DNA of 64,000 bases. Source: Zygnema circumcarinatum SAG 698-1b. Its lineage: Eukaryota > Plantae > Zygnematophyceae. Below the pieces are notes generated by a model. That model saw only the letters and a program-made list of their open reading frames with translations. It was not told the DNA's origin and ran no database searches. This document shows positions 53,629 to 64,000 of the stretch, piece by piece; position 1 is the first letter of the stretch, and every line of letters starts with the position of its first letter. The stretch covers positions 6,301,909 through 6,365,908 of the forward strand of contig CM074804.1 in NCBI GenBank assembly GCA_037447605.1, given 5' to 3'. The position numbers and the translations under genes are program-made.

Positions 53629-53683
53629 GGCATCACGGCATCATGGCATCACGGCATCACGGCATCATGGCACCCATGGCATC
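53629..53683 (+). repeat. 8-bp tandem repeat (GGCATCAY)
   Basis: ggcatcac ggcatcat ggcatcac ggcatcac ggcatcat ggcacccat ggcatc. Confidence 0.85.
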
Positions 53684-54624
53684 TCCAGAGAGATGAGATG
53701 AGAGAGAGATGCCATGGGGGGGGGGGCGGGCATATGCGCTGCCGCAATGCCGGCAGCCGCGCTGGCGCCCGCCAACTGGCGGCGATCGCATCGCGCGTGG
53801 CCACGTGGCGGGCGGCGGTCCCACTGCTCCCTCGCATTTTTCAAGTTGGGCGTTGGGAGGGGGGCGGCGGATGGCGAGGGCCAGAGCCGCCAGGCGCGGG
53901 CCGGGGGAGGCGGGCCTGCGGGTGGGCGGGGGGAAGAGGGCGGCGCGCCCGCGGGCAGCCGGCCTGCCTGCCTGCCTGCCTCCTTGCCTGCCTCCCTGCG
54001 CGTGTGGCTGGAGCTCCTGTAATGGAAACGTGTCACCTGCACAGTGGCAGATCTTGCAAGGCATTGCTTGGCAGATGCATGCATGATCGAACGCTTGTTT
54101 TGAGGGCGGCGGAACACACATTACCAGCATCTATTGTGAAAGATTTCTCTCTACAAATTTAGACCTGCGGTAATAAATTGAATAAGCGAGAGTCGTTCAT
54201 ATTCGAAGGTTTTCTTTAACTTCGGTACGGATAGGTCTTCACCAACCAAACGGCTTGGACAGACATAGATCCCTCCCACAGACCGGCCAGAGGAAGGTGT
54301 TACAATCGACATAGTTCTCCTGAACTTGAAGCACCTCGAAGATAGTCAGGTATTTAAGTGGAAGAGAAGAAGAAATAATAGCAAAATTTGATGATTTGAG
54401 GGTGGTTAAAAGAGTACTGTCGAGCTTAACATGCCCTTCAAAAAGTAGGCATTGGTGAACAAAGTACTTCAAAGGGATAAATATTGTACCGTATCCAACC
54501 AAGCGACTGGATAGTGCCTATGCTAAATTGCTAACCCCGAAACTGATGGTATCGTAGAGGCAAGACAAGCAAAAGCAAAGCGCAAAAAACCGGTGCTCCA
54601 AAGGAGCACAACACGGGGCTCGCT

Positions 54625-54626
<2 letters not shown>

Positions 54627-54658
<32 letters not shown>

Positions 54659-54661
54659 CCC
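54627..54661 (+). repeat. (CCTG)n tetranucleotide microsatellite
   Basis: About 8 tandem CCTG units. Confidence 0.9.
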
Positions 54662-55191
54662 TGAGTGCCCTCACCGTTTTTACGAGTCACGAGTTTCCTC
54701 GTCATAAACGACCTGACGTTTAAGATAAGAAAATGAAATCCTTTCTTTACATATCACGCAGGCTCTGAGCCTCAAAATCATTTCTTTAGGCGCGTGGTGA
54801 CAATCTGCAAAGAACATTCGATTACATCAAACTCTAATCATACATCATTTGACCCTCGACAACCAAAACGAGAGAAGATTGACATCCTGCACCTTGCGCC
54901 TGTCCGGCTCGGCAAGAGCTGTCTATTGACAGCAGATTCTCCCCAAGGCCAAGCGCGAGGAGGGCCGGCTCTGACCCCGCCCCACAGCGCGCCCTCGCGC
55001 CGCCGCCGGCGCTTGCCAAGGTCGCATTCTCCATCTGGTAACGCTGGACAGAACTGCCTCCCAACGCTGGCAGCATGGAGCCAGGACAGCGAGGGGAGGC
55101 TCCCTGTCCTGGTCGCGCCCTCGACCGGACGAGTGACGACTGGCGAGGGTCGTCGCCGGCTCCTTGAAGTTGAAGGGCGACCGCGTCAGCC

Positions 55192-58100
55192 ATGGTTTCC
55201 CAGGAAGGCGAGGAGGAGGCGGGGGCGGGGCTCGGCCTGCCTGCCTTCGGCGGCGAAGATGGTGGAGGAGACGCGCAGTCTACGCCGCTCCTCTCCGCGA
55301 AGGAGGAGGCTCCGGCCGCCAGGCCGCAGGAGGAGGAGGTACGCCAGGCGAGCAGGAAAGCAAAGCGTCCTACAGTGTTTGAAAGGTGAGACATCTGCAG
55401 ACGCACTGGACGGAGCAGGAATTTTTGTAATGATAATGGTGAAGGCGTGTCTAGGGTTCATAATTTTAAGCACCACGTTGAGAGAGGTCGCGAGAGGAAT
55501 GGCGTATGCACTCAGAGATATTGGATTGGGAGGGAGTTCATATGGCATGCTGATTTATTTCTGAATTTCCATGACCAAAAGTTTCCAGGAGGCTGGAATT
55601 GTTATTCGCAATGCGAGAGTAGTGAAAAGACACTGCAAGAATGAAAAGAAAGGGAAAGGAAGTTCATGGACTACTCTGCGCTTTTGTTTTGATCACAAAG
55701 GCGCAATTCATGGCTATTTTTAGCTCGCTTCCGATGGAACTGAATGCTTGAGTCTTTAATGACTCTTGAGAACTTTTCGTATTAATGACACTATTTAATG
55801 CTTCAACCTTTCAAAGCGTTTATTTGAACGGATGAAGCGGTCGGTGAGAGCTGAAGCTTATTGACGTCCGTGCTGAAATTCTATTTAGCCGTGGGGCAAT
55901 AGTATTCAAAGAATTCTAGTGATGGACGACAATGTAGGATATTGGCTGTTTTTGCAGGCTGACTTTGGATTGTGATGGCTGGTGAAAGAAGATAATCTGA
56001 TTGCGATTGTTAGTTGATGATTATTTACTGTAAAGTGTGGTCAATTGTCTTGTTACACAACACCGGCTGATTAAGCAGTAGCGTGTAAATGGTTCAAGGA
56101 TTTTAATCTACAACGGAGGATCATGTTTAATGATTAGTTGCTGTATGCTTTGCCTTGTCCGGAAGTTTGGAAAACATGGATGAATGTGGTGCGTTGAAGC
56201 CAGACAGATTTTGTTGTAACGCAGAAGTCACCATTGTAACAGCCGGCCTGAAACACCACAGTCTGGCTCACCAGCAACCTGTACTCACTCTATCAGGAGA
56301 GCTGTCTACAAGGAATTGCTGATTCCAACACGCATGCGAAGTGAATACATTTTTTGCCGCCGGCCTCTTGTTGTTGTTCGCCTGCCCCTCTGCAGGATGG
56401 TGATGATTGGAGCAGAGCATGTCGCCCCTGTGCTGCACGAAGCCGTGGCAATATCGCAGAGGGTTTGGACCAAGCATGGCCGGCCGACCGTACAGGGGAT
56501 CATTGCATGGCCCGTGCTGGCGCACGTGGTGCTCGCTGTTCTGCTCACATGGCTCCTCGGACGCCTCCATTTCAACGTGCTTTTGGTGGTGACATGGATG
56601 GTTGCCTTCCTCTGGCAGGTGAGCGATGGACAGTAAGCTTAGTCCTCCATAGAATGATAGAGCTTGAAATCCGAAGGCAAGTGCATGTGAACCACATGCC
56701 AGTTATTTGGCCAACATCTATTCGTCTATTCTCCAGAGACGCTACCTTTGAGTAAGGTGGATATTGGATCGCGTTGGTAGCAGGATGCTTGAACAAGTGG
56801 GACAAACCGAGAGGCGAGGTTCTGGATGGGTTGTAGATTCATGTGAAGCATCTGGAACGTGAGCGTATCTCTATTCGAGCTGATCTACTGAAGGAGCAGC
56901 TAGTAGGAGAGGTGAGCAGTTTTTACATGTTCCTGCACGGAGCAACGAGAAGAATACATCTGAAATTGTTAATTCAACTATTGCCAGTCTTGAAGGACTG
57001 GGAACGTATTGCACGGATGACAGTATTTAATGCGCCAAACCTGATAACAGTTTCATGTAAGGAAGCATGCCGCCGAAAATAATTGTAAATCTTTAACTTA
57101 AAAAGCTATCGGTCTGCCTCTCCTACTGCTCTAAGTTTGCCAGCAAGTTTTCATCGTTCCGCACACCTAATATGCACCGCTTTGACACCAATGATTCATG
57201 TTTGTAATGATTCTGTCGAATGCTGCTCAATTCGAATATATTACAAACCTGACTTGCTAGCTACACCATTGTCAGACCAAGTCCTGTCTTGACAACATCT
57301 GCTTAACGTTTTCCACGATTCCAGTGCAAATGAGCCAATCTCTAGCAAAACGCGAAGCATGTTTGCACGAACAATTTAGAGCCTCGAACAGACGGACCTT
57401 TATGTAGCTTGCCGCACGAGTGCCCCCCTGAAGGGGAGTGCCCCCCTGCTGCGGCAGCTGCCGACGCGGGGCAGTGCCGGCGAGGCGGCGGGTGCAGAGC
57501 GCGCCCGACGAAGAGACCGTGCGGTGGCTCAACGCGGCGCTCGAGCGCGCGTGGCCGCAGTGGCTCGAACGCGTGGTTTCCCTCAAGGCGGTGCCGCTGC
57601 TCGCCCCGTGGTTTCTGCAGACCTACAAGCCCGGAGTTTTGGTCAGCCCAACGCTCTGAATTGCAGTGAGCTGGAAGAGACTATGGTTTGAATGTGCATT
57701 AGTTTTGTTTTGTCTGAGCACGGAATGGGGTGCATGGAGAGTTGTCGTCCCGTCCTATTGATTTTCTGTATTTTTTTTGGGGGCTGGGAATGCCAGACAA
57801 AGCTGGACTTGAAGAGTGTGAACATGGGCAGCAGGCCGCCCATGGTGACCTCTGCGCGGGTCTATCAGCACGCGTCACGTGACAACCATCTGGTGAGTGA
57901 GGAGGTTCCGGAAGCGGCTATGGAGGGGGGGCAGTTGAGGAGAGCGGCTCACAACTCCTGCATCTCTCTACCGCTGATGTTGAAAGTTTCTCACATGTGT
58001 CATGCGTGTCCTGACAGGTGGGGCTGCGAGGGGGGTTGCAAAACAGGATATAGAAATGAGCGTGGAAATAGCGAGTGCTAATGACATGTTTATGGAGTTC

Positions 58101-61100
58101 GTTGCCAAAGTTGGCTCTGCGGGGTGGGCGGGTTTGGGCCTCATTCCGTGGACTGCGTATGCCACCGACCTCAATCTTGTTGGCAGAGTAAGTTGCCGCT
58201 GTTGGCAGGGTGTGTGCAGCCATGCGTAGCAGGAGAGAGCACTGACCGACTCAACATAGGCAAGAGCTAGCTTTGCTTCCAGGAATGCTCACCGCCGCTA
58301 TGATGGTAGTCGAACTGTATTTGTTTGGTGTGCCTGCTCAGGCGATGCGCCTTGCCCATTTTTGGGATTGTGGAGTGCTTTCAGCTGTCCCTTTCACTAG
58401 CAGCATATCCTCCCGTAGATGAACGGACAAACGTGCATGGCTGCACACATTCAGAACATGTTCAAGAGGGAGTCGAGAATGATTTTTTTTTTTTTTTTTG
58501 CTACTTCTTTATGAGTTTATCTTTAAGCTTCCGGAGCGAGTCCTGATGCTTCCTTTTGTTCCTGGTCTCTACCCGTGGGAGGGCGGCGCAGATGCGTGTG
58601 GGAGTGCAGTTTTCGCGCAACCTTCCCTTCGTGCGGCGATTGGAGGTGGCCTTTGTGTACGAGCCGCAGCTCTCGCTGGCCATCAAAGTGATGGGCCTCG
58701 GCCTCGGGAAGGGCTTCGACGCGGGGGGGCTGCCCCTCGTGGCCTCCTATGTGGTAAGCTGCCACCCTTGTTCCTTGGCAGAGAAGGATGTCCTTGGTTT
58801 CTGACAACTCGCAGAGCAGGATTGGCTGGGGTCATGTGTGATAAAACATCCATGTCGGTTGATTTAGGTTAACAATATATTTGGGTTGACCGGAGTCTCC
58901 TCCATTTTTGTAAACAACAAAGGTTGAGCTACGTTGAGTTGGGTTGAGCTGAGTTGGGTTGGGTTGAATTGAGGGTCTCTGAAGAAGCATGAAGCGAGAT
59001 CCCTGTCTCCCCCTTCTTGCCGCAGGCAGGGCCCATGTCTCACCAGTTGCTTTACCCCTCGCTCTGTGCAGGACGCCACCCTCAAGCGCGCACTGCGGGG
59101 CTCCATCGTGGCGGTGGGTCTGAACCGTTCATGTTTCCCCATCTCTCGCTGTTTACTGTTGGGTAGGCCGTGTTGGGTTGCTTCGTGCCATACTGATCGC
59201 AACCGTTCCTACTGCCCTTCCCAGCCCTCCAACTCCCTCTGCTCGTGTGGCCTGCTTGCCAAAGGCAGAATGATTGAGGCACATGCTCTCCTGTTGAGTG
59301 CAAGACAGATTTTTCCCTGAAATTTGTCTCACCTCTCCTTTGCCCTCCTTCTCTAATGCACGCGGGAGAGTGGGGTGCAGCCCAACAAGCTGGTCATAGA
59401 GGACATGGCACTGCTTGCCAAGGCTCTGCTGAGTGACTTCAGTCCCGAGGACCCGCTCACGCTCTCTGGGGGGCGCAGCGCAGCGGCTATCATACCGCCA
59501 ACCGGTAAGCTTCACTCTCGTCCTCTCACGAGAAGTCAGCGCGTATGGCCATATATGATATTCCGGCTCTCCCTTGATCATGTTGTTTTGATTCCGTTTG
59601 GGCTTCAAGTTGTGGCTCTCAATGGACGTTTTGCATCAGCTGTATGTGGTAGCTAGACTTGAAACACCCTTTTCTGACGATGAGATCACCTTCAAAGTGC
59701 CTGCACTGGGGCTGCACGTGGTAGCCGGTTCCGCACAGAAGATCTCTTGATGCATCTTGATCTCTTGATTGATGATCTCTTGATTTCATCCGTGCCTTGG
59801 ATGAAAATGGCGATGCATGAAAGCCGCTGTGGGATTCTCACTGCTCATCTGTTTTGTGTGTGCTCGAGGACCTAAACAAGCAGCTGACAGCGGTGATCGA
59901 TCGTCGCCACCCACCAAGCCCAGTCAGGCCGAAGCTTTTGTGGTGTTAGAGATTCTCGAAGCGGAGCAATTGTTGGCGGCCGATTCAAATGGTGCGAAAC
60001 GCTGCTCTCCGGATTATGCACTCTGCTGCGGCGACCTTCAGTGTGGCGGAGCCGGTCCTGCAGGGGCCATTGAGAAGTGCTGCCGACATGTTAAGGTTTT
60101 GTCTTTCCTTCATGCTCCGTGTTCTGACCAGTGATATTTCGGGCAAGGGCTGCAGGCTTCTCTGATCCTTACGTAAAGGGGCAGCTTGGACTCTGCAAAT
60201 TTGTCACAAGCATTAAGCGCACTACGCTCAACCCAAAGTGGTTGGAAGAGTTCCGAGTGCCCGTTCCTCAGTGGGAGGAGAAAGTCGTCTTGCGTCTGCA
60301 TGTGCGCGACTATGATAAATTCACGTCAGATGATGACTTGGGCACTTGCGAAATCGATGTTGCCAAATTGCGGGACAGGCATCGCCATGACATGTGGATC
60401 AAGCTCAGCGGTGTGAAAACAGGGTCACTTCATCTCGCTGTTACTGTTCTTGAAGAGGAGGATGGCGACAATGGCAAGCTCCTTCACCCTCTTCAGTCTC
60501 CTTCCTCTTGCATCTGCTCTCCCACTCTACTCTTCCCGGCATCCTCGCTTATCCCCTCAAAAGCCCCTCCATTCCCATCTTGTCCCATGTATCCTAAGCT
60601 CACATTGTCTGGTCAGCCGGTGGACATCAGAATTTTGTAAACGCATTGTTTGGATTGGTCAAGGCGAGGATAAAGGCTGGAAGTCGGGAAGGCTTGGCCT
60701 GGAAAAGGCATGCTATTGCTTGCAGCTCGTCCCTAACCCCGGACATAGGGAAAGATTGATGATGTATGTGAAGGGAAGTAAGATAGTACCTATGCATTTG
60801 AGCATCCATATTGTTTGCAGCATCAGCAATTTGCCCAGCAGCGAGTCCCACTGCAGCCCTACCCAGCAAGCAGGGCTGTTGACCTCACTAGTGAGATGCG
60901 TTTGGCCGGATGCTAAGCAGCGACACGTATATGGCGTGTGCAGTGGAAAAGGGAGTCCAACAGGGCGAAACTGCGGACGGGCAGCCTGCCACCTTCCACA
61001 CGAGCACGGTGACCAAGGAGACGGGCGATGTAGTGGCCGCCACAGTGACCCTCAAAACCCCGAACGTGCTGACCTCTGCAGCAGAGATCGGCAATGCCCC

Positions 61101-61233
61101 CCCTCCCTCTGGCCCGCCGCCTTCGTCCAAGCTGCCGCCCTCCGAGACTCAGCTGCGAAGGCGGGCGGTGCATCTCAACGAGTCGTCGTACAAAGTGGCC
61201 CCGGGGTGCGTTGTCGTGGCCTGGGACATGTGA
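55192..61233 (+). CDS. N-terminal TM-SMP-C2 domain protein (synaptotagmin-like, NTMC2 type 6-like)
   Basis: TM exon (VLAHVVLAVLLTWLLG), SMP start EETVRWLNAALERAWP, C2 domain LEILEAEQLLAADSNGFSDPYVKGQLG..TLNPKWLEEF..VRDYDKFTSDDDLG. The first exon (55192-55385) is inferred from splice phase. Confidence 0.88.
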
Positions 61234-61828
61234 GCTCAACCCAGGAGCTTTGTATATGTGGCTCATAGGAAGTGTTGTATTTTTGTGAAAATGTTTCTTG
61301 CTTATTTGAGACACGTTGCGGGTCTATCTTGTACATACCCAATCCCTTATGTACGATGGAGGACCACAACAGCACAGATGGCAATTGTGTACGCCAAGTT
61401 TCTTTTCCACATTGGGCGGTAATGTAGATTGTGTATCCAATTTGTTGTGCGTTTCTCAGGAGTCTCCTCGGTGGTAGGATGTCTTAGTGTCAACACCTCT
61501 GCTAGCGTGTGCCCGGGAAGGCGTCAGCCAAGGTTCTCTTCAAGTCAGCTACTAGTCTCCAATCTCACAAACAAAACACATACCGCGTCGGAAAGAGGAT
61601 ATGCAGCTTCAAAAGTGGGAACAAATCGCTTCGGTTTCTGTAGGAACAACCAAACCATGCCTATAACATGTTCTGATTGAACAAAAAGCGAATATCGGAT
61701 GATTTACCGAATGTTACACGGAACGCACTAAAGCCATTGCGTCCTCACGTCGTGTCATCAGCTTCTGAGGACAGACCATGAACAGCACTTGTTTGTGACA
61801 AGGCCACTCATCCAAGCAGCCAAATGCC

Positions 61829-64000
61829 CTACCTGGCAGGCTTACTGTTTCGCCCGTCCTGGCTGCTATGACAGCCCTCAGCTTGCTTCCTAACAGAGAG
61901 CAGATTTGCTCTGATCTCTTTGGTAACGATGCCCTCCACAATCGCGACAGGGAGCCAGCGTTGAGGCATCACCTCAACTGAATATGAAAGCACGGTGCTG
62001 ACACCACCTTCCGCACCGAGTGCTTCCCAGCCGTCCTGCAGTTTGAACGGCGGAGGAAGTGTCCAATAAGTAAAGAATTCGCCTCCTTTCACGCATACAG
62101 ACGGAAACTGCCAGTATTGCTGCAGTCCAGCGCTGTTGAACTGATGTGATGCAATTCAGCCTTACGATAGAGATCCCCGGTCTCACCTGTCTCATTTGCC
62201 AAGTTCCTTTGAACAACTTGAAGTCGCCCTCCACCATGTTGAACAGGATTTCTCTTTGTGGACCTCTGGGCAGTTCCAGCAGTGGCTCCTCGTCTACATC
62301 CACTACTACCCTAGCTCTGAACTTCAATCCGAAGGCCAAGTTTTGGAGGCCCACCTGTCACAATTTTCCCACACATTCATGTCATTCACGACAGTCATGA
62401 TCCGTGGGTCGGCGAAGACATTGGTCTGTGATTCTCTTCACTTTGGTACTCGCATTTCTTCACCCCTGTTCGTGACGTAACTTGCTTTTCCTTCTAGACC
62501 TGCTCGACCCCTTATTTGTGAACGTAAGAAACGAAGGAAAGCCAATACTGCCTCGCATTTGAAAGGAATCTACCGAATACTTTTTCTTCAAGACTGTGCC
62601 TAACCACAAAGCTTTAGGATTTTCGTTTTTGGTCGGCATCAACAACAAGTGTTCGTAATTGTTTTGCCAGGGAGGGGGGTCGTACGGACTGTGTAGTTCA
62701 GATGCCTGCATTGACAAAGAGGATTCGAACATTCAAAGCTCAAATTCGTTTTCCTTGCATTGGCCTTACGTCAGGTTCAACAAAATGAAATTCCCTTAAA
62801 TGGAAATTTGAGTCATTCTTACGAAACAATTCCCTAAAACAAATGGGTCCATTCCAATTCCCAAGGCATGGCTGGAACTTAACCTAAGAAGGTGATACAA
62901 CCCTTCCACATTCTAGGCAAGCGCTACTGAAACTTTTTTGGTGCTAAGTGCCTGCTGTCACACACAGCTCATAGTGATGAGGCCGGCTTGAACAGAAGAG
63001 CATTAACTTACAATTAAAAAACTGCTCCTGTACTCGTTCAGTTACAAAAGCGCAGGCCCCAGAATTGGTAAGCGTTTTCATATCCATGCATCAGCTTACA
63101 GGCTGGCATCGACTTAACCAACCAACACTGCTTGGTCTTTTCAACAACCGCTCCTTCTTCCAAAGCTGGTTAGTAGTTGCAAATTCCTAACTCTTATTAT
63201 TCACACGACTTTTACAAACTCGAAACGCTTCCGTTTAATCATTAAAATGAATTAGTAATCGATATGCCTTTCCGCCGGACATTATCTCGAACCCTACGCA
63301 TTTCCGCATGTGTGTGGGTGACAGGACCCAGGAGTCGAGTCTAGCTCCCGACATCGTTTCACAGTCCGCTCAGTTTTAGAAACTACCCTGAAGGATATCT
63401 CTTACAGCTGGGTAGTTCCAAATAGCTCTGTGCATTTGCACGACGATTGCCTGTTTGAGTTCCTTCAATCAACATGCCGTAATATATGAACAAGATGACA
63501 GTCTCTCGTTATCTTTCCTTTTTCCGTCCCTAAAGCCCGACACCGTTCCCTCTGCACGTGACGCCATGCCTATCTGCTCACCTGCAAGAGTCGTGCTCCA
63601 TTTGGCCGTCTTTCCAGGAGCTCGCTAGCATCAAGATTGGGAATAAAGTCGGCCAAGTGCGCGTAGTCTGTGAGCACCGCCCACACGGCCTCCAGCGGCG
63701 TCCTAACCACGATACTCGCACTCACGCGCCTGCAGTTGGGCCCTACAGCCTCCACCTCTACCTGCAGCTCTGCGCCCTCCTCCTCCTCCTCCTCCTCCTC
63801 TGCTACTCCAGCCACTGCTTCCCGCCCCTCTGGCACCGCCTCTGCCACCCTACCCCGCCCTCCAGCTCCAGCTCCAGCTCCAGCTCGCGCGCTGTGCACG
63901 GCCCCACCCCCGCAGCGCGCACGCAGAGGCGGGGCCCACGCGCAGGACCCCGCAGGCCGCGTGGCGCGCGACACGTGGCCCGGGCAAGGCGACGGCGCGC
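61829..64000 (-). CDS. Polyketide cyclase/START (SRPBCC, Coq10-like) domain protein, probably plastid-targeted; start beyond right edge
   Basis: Exons RRVSASIVVRTPLEAVWAVLTDYAHLADFIPNL, VGLQNLAFGLKFRAR..FNMVEGDFKLFKGTW and TVLSYSVEVMPQRWLPVAIVEG. Confidence 0.9.

Noticed and set aside
52885-54162. Many overlapping Arg/Gly/Pro/Ala-rich ORFs
   Set aside because: Very GC-rich promoter island; no domain motifs.

Overview
Intron-rich, fairly GC-rich eukaryotic nuclear DNA. Gene content and style suggest a streptophyte green alga or early-diverging plant (inference). Twelve protein-coding genes are recognisable: a MATE transporter (runs off the left edge), CDC48, PFP alpha subunit, an LRR protein, SKL2, an NCL-like Na+/Ca2+ exchanger apparently lacking EF-hands, an intronless glucosylceramide synthase homolog, an SMP-C2 protein, a START/polyketide-cyclase protein (runs off the right edge), and three paralogous type II membrane proteins. 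These three fuse a plant uncharacterised, putatively glycosyltransferase-like domain (DUF7796-like) to a degenerate FkbM/Methyltransf_22-like domain. This array, beside the intronless GT2 gene, is the best candidate for an undescribed system (possible glycan or glycolipid modification locus). Between paralogs 2 and 3 lies a three-level nested DNA-transposon stack: a hAT element (8-bp TSD) inside a Tc1/mariner-like element (TA TSD) inside one of two inverted Harbinger-like MITE copies, plus two related MITEs. Family names are recalled from sequence motifs, not from database searches, and internal exon boundaries are manual estimates.
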